The translations under genes and the position numbers were made by a program. A stretch of DNA of 64,000 nt from Callorhinchus milii. Lineage: Eukaryota. The stretch spans positions 29,018,001 through 29,082,000 of the forward strand of contig NW_024704743.1 of assembly GCF_018977255.1 (NCBI RefSeq), written 5' to 3'. The notes beneath the pieces were generated by a model. It did not search any database. It was not told the origin of the DNA and saw only the letters and a program-made list of their open reading frames with translations. This document shows positions 49,240 to 61,079 of the stretch, piece by piece. The number at the start of each line of letters is the position of its first letter. Positions within the stretch are counted from its first letter, which is position 1.

Positions 49240-50585
49240 TTGTTGCCAATCAGCTTCGCGCACACCTCTCCTCCCACTCCCTCTTCGAACCCCTCCAATC
49301 CAGTTTCCACCCTGCCCACAGGACAGAAACTGCGCTTGTGAAAGTCACAAAGGACATCCTCTCTATCTGTGACCAGGCCTCCCTCTGCCTCCTTGTCCTC
49401 CTGGATCTCTCTGCTGTGTTCGACACAGTTGATCACGCCATCCTCCTCCACCGCCTTTCCTCCGTCATCCACCTCAGTGGGACCGCACTCGCCTGGTTCG
49501 AGTCCTACCTCACAAACCACCAGCAGTACATCTGCACAAACAGCTTTTCCTCCCGCTCTCACCTGCGGGGTACCCCAAGGATCCATCCTTGGCCCCCTCC
49601 TCTTTCTGATCTACATGCTCACTCTTGGGGATGTCATCCACAGACAAGGGGTACATTTCCACATGTACGCGGACGACACCCAGCTCTATTTTTCCACCTC
49701 TCTTTGCGACCCCCAGTCCCCTGATGTTCTGTCAGCCTGCCTGTCAGATCTCAGGGGCTGGATGAGAGCAAATTTCCTTCAGCTGAACATTGACAAGACG
49801 GAAGCCATACTCTTTGGCTCTTGTCAACGTCTAAAATCTTATGGCTCTCACCTCCTCCAACTACCCGACCTCCCCCTAAAACTCTCCGAACCCGTATGCA
49901 ACATAGGCGTCAGGTTCGACCCCTAATTATCCTCCTCCACATCCGGTCCCTCACCAGCACCGCTTTCTTCCACCTACGACGCATCACCCATCTCCGCTAA
50001 TACCTCTCTCCGAAAGCTGCTGAAACCCTAGTACATGCCTTTGCCACCTCTCGACTGGACTATCTAAAGCCCTCCTTGCCAGTCTCCCATCCACTACCAT
50101 CCATAAAATCCAGATCATTCAAAACTCTGCCGCCCGCATTCTCACCCTCACCAAACTCCACTCCCCGATCACCCCAGTCCTTGCCAGACTGCGCTGACGG
50201 CCGATCCAAGAGAGGATCGACTCCAAGATCCCTCCACTCCTCTGCACCCCCTATCTCTCTGACCTCATCTCTCCTCAAAACAGTATCTGTTGCCTGCGTT
50301 CCTCCAGGTCTGGCCTCCTCCTTGTCCCCCGAGTCCTCCGCTCCACCCTTAGTGGCCATGCCTTCAGCCACAATGCCCCGAGGCTCTGGAATTCCCTTCC
50401 TCACTCCCTTCGCCTCGTTCCCTCTCTTCCTATTTTCAGTCCCTGCTGAAGACCTTTCTTTTCGACCCGCCTTTGGTCACCTTCCTCCCCCTCCCCGTGG
50501 CTCGGTCCCAGAATCCGTTACTGTGAAGTGCTCTGAGACGCCGTCCGGCGTGGAGGGCGCTATATAAATCCAAGTTGTTGTTGTT
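49240..50585 (+). mobile_element. L2 LINE, RT domain to 3' end (tail type B)
   Basis: Encodes LLDLSAVFDTVDH, GVPQGSILGP and an intact YADDTQLY, with frameshifts. Tail matches 593-983. A separate older L2 piece lies at ~48960-49230. Confidence 0.93.
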
Positions 50586-50654
50586 AAGGTTTGAGACCTT
50601 CTCAAACCTTAGAAACCCAGGGACTCCTTCTGCTCAACAGGCCCTAGTTGTCCT

Positions 50655-50890
50655 TAAGGTAGATGTTCAAGATCTTATGACACTATTCAAGAAGAGAAGG
50701 GAGTTTCTCATGGTATTCTGGCCAACAATCCTCCAGATATTGATCATTCAGCTCACAAATGTCTGTGGGATCTGTATGTTCCGCAAATGGCTTCCAGTTT
50801 TGTTTATAAATCCAGAGTCACTACACTTGACAGATTTACTTGTACTTTTCTAGGCTTTTTGATGTGATAAATTTCCATGAAAATGCAATT
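50655..50890 (+). mobile_element. Old Deu-domain SINE fragment
   Basis: GATGTTCAAGATCTTATGACACTATTCAAGAAGAGAAGGGAGTT is a degenerate Deu core. Confidence 0.65.
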
Positions 50891-52739
50891 ACATTCTTTC
50901 TTAAAACCAGTTAAATCAGCACAGAATCAAAACTGATAACTTTTGCAAACCTCATTACCATACTATAGCGTATATATATCACTAAGCTATCTGTAGTATT
51001 TCATTGAATGGGGGTTACACCCCAGTGTTAAGCAGAATATAAAAAGGCTATATGCCATTCAAGACAAAAAAGATTTTTGTTTAAACTATATTATTTTCAA
51101 TATATTCCTTCCTTTTTTTTCTCTTGAGGCTGTGTTGGTTTCTGAACCCCACACTGAATTATGAGGAAAAACTTTCCCTGCCAATACTGAAAACAACCGC
51201 TACCTGTGGTTAAACTGGTAATTCTAGAGCATGCCTACTACAAAAAAACCTAAGCCTTGCATTTATTATAGTGCCCATAAAGTCGAGAATGTCACAAGGC
51301 ACTTCACAAAATTTCTGTTTTGTGTAGTGACAGTACATTTGAAGACAAAATGACAGCCAATTTGCACACAATGATATCGCTCAAACCACCAGGAAGTGAA
51401 TAACCAATTTTATATTGAGGATTGTTGACCAGGACACCAGGAGAAACTCACTTCTCTTTTTGACCTTCCCTTTGACTGTGCCTTCAGTCATCTTTCCCCC
51501 ACCACCAAACCCTCCCTTGCCTCCACCACAAAATCAAATCAGCTTTGGTGGAAACCTTTGAATTTCCAGCACCTATGACTTCCTCCTGATGTGAAAATCA
51601 CTACATAAATGCAATTTGTTGTTGTCGAAAAGTATTGTTTAAGTCAATCTGACTAGATAGACTAACTCCAGTGGCTCACCTCCACCATCATGTTTGTTTG
51701 AGCAATTGTTTGAGCAATACAACTGTCATAGCAGTTCTTGGGAAATGTTTGTGAAGAAGTTTGCTGTACAAGCCCTCTAGGTTTATGATGACAGAGATTT
51801 TTAATTACATTCCAAATTTGAATTCTGACAGCTTTTTATATGGTATAATGTAAGTCATTTTCAACTTTGCATTCAAATGAGGTATTTTAGTCTGCTAGGA
51901 TGTATTAACATATTATTGAATATCTGACCTTTTGTAAAACTAATTGTCATTTACAATCGCTTCAGAAAATAGTGCACTATGAAGTGTACATCTGTGGACA
52001 GATATACAGATTCATAGTGCACCAGAGCATGGTGCATTGGCAGAGTTAACCACTATACAGAGGTAACACTGCACCCATCCTATTCTTGCAATATTGGTTA
52101 TTCTCCCCAATTGATTTAGAACAGGAGGAGGCTAAATGGATATTATAGCCATCATTTGTGAAATAATGCTTTACTGCAAATAGATCGATTTCAAAAATAA
52201 TGTTGGCACCTAATATGTGGCATATCATTTAGAATTCCCTTTCACCCATAGGAACTCCGCTCCTGAAATAGAATATGTTGAGAGTCGAATTCCTATGGAT
52301 CGGTATGACATGATCTAGGTTCTATCCGGGGTCCCCATTTGCACAACAAGGATTAAGGAATCTTGTTAGAAATACAGCAATTCAGACCCACAAATAATTA
52401 TTTCTCATATTTTTGCATTGCAAAGTGAGACAGTTAACCATTTTGTCTCTTTCAAAAATAATCACACACAAACACCCTCTTGTGGTCAACTAAATCTGTG
52501 GCTCACTACCTACAAAAATAAACACTGTCTTTTGATACCACACAAGCAGCCCTTGACTTCTGCAAGGTGAACAACAGCAACGGAAAACAATCAGATAACA
52601 AGCCTTCCTTCTGAAAAATCATTTTGCCATATCACTACATTTATTTGTATGTTTCTTTGATATCCAGCATTCAATTCCTAGCCAAAGTTTTGCAAGGCAT
52701 ATAGAAACTATGTGCTGAACAGTGTTAATTTTTTAAAAT

Positions 52740-52920
52740 AACAATAATTTAGTTATTTAATCCACAATCGGTTGTGGGACATTGTTGTGTGCAATTGACT
52801 GCCACGTTTCGCCCACAAAATATACAGTCAATTTACTTTTCAGTATACTCTGTGAAGTGCTTTGAGGCGTCTTAATGACATGATAAGGCACAATATCAAA
52901 TGCAAGGATTATTATTATTA
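52740..52920 (+). mobile_element. tRNA-Ala SINE 3' fragment
   Basis: SINE 3' half with an (ATT)n tail. Confidence 0.82.
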
Positions 52921-53186
52921 AACGTAAGTCTAAATACTTCAAGACTTAATACACTAAAAATGAAAACTAATACATATTTAAATACAATATAGTCACAGAA
53001 ACAAGATTATTTGGGTAATCTAATTGTGTAATCTATCACCCATGAAAAGTACAACAACACAGAGGTTAGTCAGTCTGATGAACAGAAGAGTGGTGTCAGG
53101 ACTTATCCTAAACACGACCACAGACAGTAAGCGATTCTCCTCAGCCTGTGGTGAGGGACCACCTGCCTGTGGTCTGTTGTATTTGT

Positions 53187-53505
53187 GGTGTCCTGTAGCT
53201 CAGTGGTTAGAGCACTCGCTTTGCAAGCGAGAGACCTGAGTTCAATTCCAGGCAGGGCGAAACCTTGGGCAAGTTCCCTTACTCCACACGCCTGATAATA
53301 ATCCCTCCAAAACCCAAAACAATAATAAATTGCTCATTTTCAATCTACGACTGTTTGTGGGTCATTGCTGTGCGCAATCGGCTGCCGCGTTCGTCCACAA
53401 ATATACAGTCAATTCACTTTACAGTGTGTTCTGTGAAGCGCTTTGGGACGTCCTCCCGACGTGAAAACCCCTATATCAAATGCAAGGATTATTATTATTA
53501 TTATT
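53187..53505 (+). mobile_element. tRNA-Ala SINE, short form, full-length
   Basis: Consensus-like from head to tail. Confidence 0.95.
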
Positions 53506-55196
53506 TCCCCGTTCCCAGGCACAGGGCATGTTTAACCTCATGGTTCATTTAACAATTGTTCATCTACTGTAGTCATTTCAAGTGCTACAGAAATAAATGG
53601 CAATGCCTGGAGTAACGATAAACAAAATTTAAAAAATTGCTGTTTCTTGTTTTAAACAAAAGAAGGTATGTGCTCCATAATGTCACCCGTGTAATTATGC
53701 CCGTGTACTTGTATCAAGTGAATCATCCCTTCTATATGTGGACCAAAGGCAAATTTGAATGCGTGCTCTCAACAGACTGAACAATTATAATCATCATCAT
53801 CATTCCCAAGGATTTCAAAGCATTAATCAAAACAGAGCTGAAGAGTTTGACATGCCCCGCATCAAATTAACTTCTCAACACTTCCCTATTTGAAACTGTT
53901 GTTCAATGTTTAATTATTTCGGATCACAACAGTGTGTGACTCTGAAAGTCAAGCGCCAAAGCTTGTTGCATTGAAGGGGACTTGGTCCAACACCTTGGGA
54001 CACCCTCCTGACATGAAAGGTGCTACACAAATGTAATTTGTCGTTGTTGGTGGTCCAGGAAACTAATTTTTACTGCTGAAGCAGTGTAGGGCGCTGTTTC
54101 AGGCCACAACACTTCCTCATTCCTCTTCATCAGCGTAACCCTGAAGCAACAGAAAGATAAATGGTGTTGCATATTTTAGTGAAATATTTTGTGTGGGTGT
54201 CCTTTCGTGCGAGGCCTCTGCGTGCGCCAAACCATGCTCTTCAAGATAAATGTTATCTGAGGACACTGATGGTTAAGAAATGCAGCAGAGATGGGGACAG
54301 TCTGAAACTGCACTAAAGTAAACCATCACATCCTGCAACTTAGACAGTTGAACCGGCAACAAGTATTATTCACACTCCATTTAAAACTCAGCTCACAAAA
54401 GAGCAATTAGCGGCAAGGGGAGCAGTGTACACAGCGCGTAAACTTTACCGCACAAACAACCGCTCACTTACTGATGGTGGCGGATATGTTGTAACCTGCG
54501 CTGAGCGTGGTGTCTCAGCCCAAAGCTAATTCATAAAGTCACTTTGATTTGAATTGCATGGATCATTCTCAGGACCTTCCATAAGCCGGGATGAGTTTAA
54601 GGGTGATTGTGTTAAATATTAGAGATTGTTGCAACATTACGATACAGCTTGCGATGTTTTATCTGAGGAGGTTAACTCCTATCCACACACACATCCACAC
54701 ACACAGCCTGTGCATATCACAGCCAGACCATTTGGCAAGTTAATGTCAGTTATCCTCTAATCAGTTTGCCCAGAACACCCACCATTGAAATTAACATAAA
54801 TTATTTTAACGAAATAACGACGTAAATGTCTCTTGTTTACAATTGTGCGAAATCTTCAAACTGTGGAATCAAGAGTCTGGAAATATTTTTAAAAAATCTA
54901 TATCAAAGTGCACTGAACGCCTGATTATTGAAAGTTTGATAAAACAATTTGTCTTCTTTTTATTCGTGCATTTCTCGTGTTTAAATTGCAGGATACTTTG
55001 ATTCACAGTCAGAACTGCAAGGGGTAGGTTTCCATTATCGTATATACAAAACCTCTTCAACAGAAAATATGAACCATAATATGTTACACAATGCAGATCT
55101 GTACTACAGTATTATTGTGCGTGGTACATGATGATACTGTATTGAAATAATATGATATGTGTTATACAATGCAGTAATGTATTGCAATATTAGATT

Positions 55197-55552
55197 TCTG
55201 TAGCTCAGTGGTTAGAGCACTCAACTCCCTTGCAAGAGACCTGGGTTCGATTCCTGGCAGGGCGAAATGTTGGGCAAGTTTCCTTACTCCACATTCCTCT
55301 GTTTACCTTGCGGTATGTACCAACCCAGTTGTTAGTCGATTGGCAGACCGCTTTTCTGGGGATAATAATCTCTCAAAAAAAAATATTGTCACTCAATCCA
55401 CAACTGTTTCTGGGACACTGCTGTGCGCAATTGGCTGCTGCGTTTCGCCCACAAATATACAGTCAATTCATTTTGCAATATACTCTGTGAAGTGTTTAGA
55501 GACATCTAGAAGACGTGAAGAGTGCTATGTCAAATGCAAGGATTATTATTAT
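55197..55552 (+). mobile_element. tRNA-Ala SINE, long form
   Basis: Canonical B box GGTTCGATTCC and the long-form internal segment. Confidence 0.9.
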
Positions 55553-55834
55553 ATGTTATTTAAAGCAGCACTGTATTACAATACCGTTTATGTTAGACAA
55601 TGGTACTGTATTACAATAGCATGGTGTATGTGACACAATGTAGCACCTTAATGCAACACTAATGTATCTGATGTATTACTATTGCACTAAAATGTAAAAG
55701 TATGGGTGGATGTCATAATAATAATAATCCTTGCATTTGATATTGTCCTTATAATGTCTTCGAGATGTCTCAAAGCGCTTCACAGAATATATTTCGCAGA
55801 TGTTTCAATGTCATAGACACTTTATCTATAATAC

Positions 55835-56445
55835 TTAACTCTACTTCTCTGTCTCTACCCTTGACTCCAGGATCACTGCTGTTCTGACAGAATGTCTGTC
55901 GGACATTAAGTCCTGGGTGAGAGCTAACTTTCTTTAGTTGAACATCAACAAGACCGAGGTTCTCCTGATTGGCTCCCGTCAGCGCCTCCTCACCTCAGGT
56001 GCTGACAGCATCACCCCCATCCTTGCCCAACTCCACTGGCTTCCCATCACACAGAGAATGCAGTTCAAGATCCTGGTCCTCACCTTTAAAGCCTTCCAGG
56101 GTCTTGCTCCCCCCTACCCCTGTGACCTCCTAACCCCCTAACATCCTGCCTGCTCCCTCCGCTCAACGGGTTGCAGCCTGTTTCACGTCCCCCACCTCGC
56201 TTGCCCCACTATTGGCAGGTGGGCTGTCGCCACTCTGCCGCCACCCTCTGGAATTCCATCCCACAGTTCCTCCACCTCGCCCCCTCCCTCGCCTCAAGAC
56301 CCACTTCAAGACCCTCCTTTTCGACAGTGCTTTCGATCTCCCTGCTTCCCAACCCTGCCCTCCACCCTCCCCAACCCCAACCCCCAGCATGGAACGTCCT
56401 CCCGACGTGAAAGGCTCTGTACAAGTGTGGTTTTGTTGTTGTTTT
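55835..56445 (+). mobile_element. L2 LINE 3' fragment (type A) with internal deletion
   Basis: Aligns to 3655-3833 and then 4136-4590 of the long copy. Confidence 0.9.
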
Positions 56446-56631
56446 TTATCTAATCATATTAACCTTAAAATGATGAGCCAATCTTCACCCATCTTTCAAT
56501 GCATAATTTACAAAGTCTCAGGAAATTTAAATTCACGGGGATTCCAGCATGGAAAATAAATAGTGATAACTTTCTCATGTGCACTAGCCAAGTGCCTTAT
56601 GACATCTTCTAGATGTGAGAGGCACCATATC

Positions 56632-56959
56632 AATAATAATATAATAATAATAATAATCCTTGCATTTGATATAGCGCTTTTCACGTCGGGAGGACGTCCC
56701 AAAGCGCTTCACAGAACACACTGTAAAGTGAATTGACTGTATATTTGTGGGCAAACGCGGCAGCCAATTGCGCACAGCAATGTCCCACAAACAGTCGTAG
56801 ATTGAAAATGACCAATTTATTATTGTTTTGGGTTTTTGGAGGGATTATTATTAGGCGTGTGGAGTAAGGAAACTTGCCCAAGGTTTCGCCCTGCCTGGAA
56901 TTGAACTCAGGTCTCTCGCTTGCAAAGCGAGTGCTCTAACCACTGAGCTACAGGACTCC
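56632..56959 (-). mobile_element. tRNA-Ala SINE, short form, full-length
   Basis: Consensus-like; forms the left arm of an inverted pair. Confidence 0.95.
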
Positions 56960-56975
56960 AAATTCATATTACATT

Positions 56976-57301
56976 GGAGTCCTGTAGCTCAGTGGTTAGA
57001 GCGCTCGCTTTGCAAGTGAGAGACCTGAGTTCAATTCCAGGCAGGGCGAAACCTTGGGCAAGTTTCCTTACTCCACACGCCTAATAATAATCCCTCCAAA
57101 ACCAAAAACAATAATTAAATTGGTCACTTTCAATCTACGACTGTTTGTGGGACATTGCTGTGCGCAATTGGCTGCCGCGTTCGCCCACAAATATACAGTC
57201 AATTCACTTTACAGTGTGTTCTGTGAAGCGCTTTGGGACGTCCTCCCGACGTGAAAAGCGCTATATCAAATGCAAGGATTATTATTATTATTATTATTAT
57301 T
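56976..57301 (+). mobile_element. tRNA-Ala SINE, short form, full-length
   Basis: Consensus-like; forms the right arm of an inverted pair. Confidence 0.95.
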
Positions 57302-57390
57302 GTACACAGTAATACCACTGCATTCCTGCTCTGTGGCTGTAATAATAATTACAATAATAATGATTCCAACCTAATAATAATAATTACAAA

Positions 57391-57655
57391 GTTCAATTCC
57401 AGGCAGGGCGAAACCTTGAGCAAGTTTCCTTACTCCACACGCCTAATAATAATAATCCCTCCAAAACAAAAACAATAATAAATTGGTCATTTTCAATCTG
57501 CGACTGTTTGTGGGACATTGCTGTGCGCAATTGGCTGCCGCGTTCGCCCACAAATATACAGTCAATTCACTTTACAGTGTGTTCTGTGAAGTGCTTTGGG
57601 ACGTCCTCCCGACGTGAAAAGCGCTATATCAAATGCAAGGATTATTATTATTATT
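57391..57655 (+). mobile_element. tRNA-Ala SINE, 5'-truncated at the B box
   Basis: Starts GTTCAATTCCAGGCAGGGCG and ends in (ATT)n. Confidence 0.93.
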
Positions 57656-57752
57656 AATCCTTGCATTTGATATAGCGCTTTTCACGTCTTCTAGACATCT
57701 CAAAGCACTTCACAGAATATACTGCAAAGTGAATTGATTGTATATTTGTGGG
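57655..57752 (-). mobile_element. tRNA-Ala SINE 3' fragment, tail-to-tail with the previous copy
   Basis: AATCCTTGCATTTGATATAGCGCTTTTCACGTC begins directly after the (ATT)n tail. Confidence 0.9.
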
Positions 57753-57894
57753 CTGTATGCTGCTTTAAGCAAAATATTGTCTAGCCTTTTTTTTTATTCT
57801 GTGTCAAAAGGTTGTGCATTCAAGACACACATTGGGCTTGGTTTGACACTCAAATGCAATGCTGGGGGAGCATTGCACTGTTTTTTTGTGAGCC

Positions 57895-58300
57895 AGGTGT
57901 CGTGCGGCATTCCTCAGGGCTTTGACCTCTGTCTCCTCCTCTTCACCCTCTACATGTTCCCTCTTGGTGACATTCATCTGCAGACATGGGGTAAATTTCC
58001 ACATGTATGTGGATGACACCCAACTTTTTCTCTCTGCCTCCACCCTGAACTCCGGGACTACTGGCGTCCTGACCGACTGCCTGTCCAGCATCAAGTCCTG
58101 GACGAGAGACAACTTTCTCCAACTCAACGTCAGCAAGAACGAGGCCCTCCTGATTGGCTCGCATCTGCGCCTCCGCACCTCGAGCGCTGGCAGCATCAGC
58201 CTCCACAGCTGGAACTCAACCTCACTAAGTCAATCAGGAACCTGGGTGTCTTGTTTGACCCTGAACTGTCCTTTCTCCCCAACATCCGCGTCATGACCGG
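57895..58300 (+). mobile_element. L2 LINE RT fragment
   Basis: Encodes CGIPQG, FHMYVDDTQLF and IKSWTRDNFLQLN. Confidence 0.88.
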
Positions 58301-59429
58301 CAGTGCCTACCATAATAAGGGACTCTGCTTGTCACGCCACTTAACACATAACTAGTCGCATTCAAGGAATTCTTGTAAATAATTACAATATAAAATTGAT
58401 TGGAGAACCAGGTCCCATAAGATGGTGTCTTGCATTAGCAGAGATCTCCCACCCTTTCCTGTTACTAGTCCTTGGAGTGACGAATTATCAGGAGATGATT
58501 GTAATATCAAATGCAAAGATTATTATATTATTATTAATTGGGTGCATGGAATATATTGTAGAATTTAGTAGGAAATATCACATTTTCTCAATTGATTGCT
58601 AAAGACCCGGAGCAACTTAGGTTGTTGATTGTAACGGTTCTTGAGGCAAACTTCACAGGTGAAAGAGCAGTCTGGCAAATACTTCTCTTTAGTTTCAATT
58701 CAACCTGGAGAAAGAACTATCCTCAGTTCGTGGTCTTTCCGAGGCAGCATTGCTGAGAAGATTTGCAATTTACTGATGTGAAAGACCATGAAGGTAAACT
58801 CACATGTAATACTCCAAGGGACCGTACATAGAAGCTCCAATATGTCATTACGCTGCTGCATCCTAAGAGTATATGACAGGTATGGTAGCCACTAAAGTTC
58901 ATATGGTGTTAGTAGCTCCATTTTGGCTGTTTGGCTAATAAACAGGGTGCAGAGGGAGGACACATTCATTTCCAGACCAAGGGCAATTTCCATACATATG
59001 TGGAATTCTCAGTCTGGTTTGAATATATTTAAGCATAGCAATATACACTTCCATATATTGATCCAGTTGACCCCCTCCCCCAAAGGATATGTTGCCCTTA
59101 CAACAACAACAACAAGATTACATTTGTATAGCACCTTTCACGTCGGGAGGATATCCCAAAACGCTGGGTTTCACAGCGATTGAAGATTGGCAATGACAGA
59201 AGTGATAGAAGAAAGCAGATGAGGTTGATATCAGACCTGAAACCATACAGTATTGCATAGCAGGTACCATAGTACAACATGTCAACGGCAGTAAAAAACA
59301 AAATACATAGATGGACTTACATATCAGATTTCAGTATATTTCACACAATATAGCATTAGGTTGTTGGTCTGTGCATAATCGCTGAATGCAGTATTACTTT
59401 TTAACAGAGTACAATATATCAATAAAAAC

Positions 59430-59950
59430 CACAACAATAGATCGCATTTATACAGCACCTTTCACATCAGGAGGATGTCCCAAGGAGTTGGACAGTCAGA
59501 ACTGGAGGTTGGAATCAAGAGGGTTGGTGGGCAAAAAGAGTAGCGGTTAGAGTATGACTGAAGGCACAATCGTCAAACTGGAAGATCTTAAGATGGACCT
59601 TGCAGGAGGCCGGGGGGGAATGGATAGCAAAGCAGAGGGATTCCAGAATGGAGTTCCAGAGGGTGGGAGCAGAAAAGAAGAAAGGCTGAAGGCCCGATAG
59701 CTGATGGTGGGCCAGGCAGGTTGGGGGATGTGGACCAGGCTAGTCCCTATCAAGTGGAGGCAGTGGGTGGGTTGGTAAGGCTTTAATATGTCACATTAAG
59801 GATTAAGACTGTGTGGGGGCTTTAAAAGTAAAGATAGGGATCTTCAACTCGATCCTCTGGATGATGGGGAGCCAGTGAAGCCAGGTGAGGATGTGGGTGA
59901 TCAGCTCAAGGAACTTGGTGTGGGAGAAAACATGAGCTACAGAGTTCTGA
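59430..59950 (-). mobile_element. L2 LINE 3' fragment
   Basis: Minus strand reads HWLPIIQRIELKI-like and carries the L2 tail. Confidence 0.75.
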
Positions 59951-59978
59951 ATAATAATTCCATTACACCAGTCCTTGT

Positions 59979-60286
59979 GGAGTCCTGTAGCTCAGTGGTT
60001 GAGCACTCGCTTTGCAAGCTAGAGACCTGAGTTCAATTCCAGGCAGGTCAGGGCGAAACCTTGGGCAAGTTTCCTTACTCCACACAGAGCCTAATAATAA
60101 TTCCTCCAAAACCAAAAACAATAATAAATTGGTCATTTTCAATCCACGACTGTTTGTGGGACATTGCTGTGCGCAATTGGCTGCCGCGTTCGCCCACAAA
60201 TATACAGTCAATTCACTTTACAGTGTGTTCTGTGAAGCGCTTTGGGACGTCCTCCCGACGTGAAAAGCGCTATATCAAATGCAAGG

Positions 60287-60319
<33 letters not shown>
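59979..60319 (+). mobile_element. tRNA-Ala SINE, short form, inserted into an L2 fragment
   Basis: Full-length with a long (ATT)n tail. L2-like ACACCAGTCCTTG lies before it and CCAGGCTC.. after it. Confidence 0.95.
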
Positions 60320-60730
60320 GCCAGGCTCTGCTGGCTCCCAATTATTGAATGGATCGATTTCAAGATCCTCTCACTCATTTCCAAATCCCTTCATGGCCTC
60401 GCACCTACCTAATTATCCGATCTGCTTACCACCCACTCCACCACCCACTGCCTCCACTCGACCGGCCTCCTGTACATCCCTCATCCCCTCTGCTCCACCA
60501 TCGGTGGCCGTGCCTTCAGCCACTATACCGCAAAACTCTGGAACTCTCTCCCTCAATCCCTCCGCCTTGCCCTCTCCCTCCCCACTTTCAAATCCCACAT
60601 AAAGACCTTCCTTTCTTCCTTTTTGATCATGGTTATGATTACCTCCCCCCTTTCTCTCCCCCTGGCTCAGGGTCAGACTCCACCACTGTCAAGCACTCGG
60701 GGACACTACCCTGTGTAAAGGGTGCTATAG
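60320..60730 (+). mobile_element. L2 LINE 3' fragment
   Basis: GATCGATTTCAAGATCCTC..GGTGGCCGTGCCTTCAGCCACTAT, followed by the L2 tail. Confidence 0.82.
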
Positions 60731-60735
60731 AAATA

Positions 60736-61025
60736 GTCCTGCAGCTCAGTGGTTGAAGCACGCTCCTCGCGAGCGAGAGACCTGGGTTCAATTCCTGGCA
60801 GGATGAAACCTTGCGCAATTTTTCTTACTCCATGCACCTGATAACAATCCTTCAAAAAAAATAATAAAATTGGTCACTTCAATCCTTGACTGTTAGTGGG
60901 ACACTGCTGTGCGCAATTGGCTGCCGCCTTTCGCCCACAAATATTCAGTCAATTCTGTGAAATGCTTTGAGACATCTAGAAGATGTGAAAAGTGCTATAT
61001 CAAATGCAACGATTATTATATATTA
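60736..61025 (+). mobile_element. tRNA-Ala SINE, diverged
   Basis: GTCCTGCAGCTCAGTGGTT head through to the tail. Confidence 0.88.
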
Positions 61026-61079
61026 TATATAAATGCAAGTTGTTAATAAGCTTGTTGAGGGAAGAGTTGGGAAGTCTGG

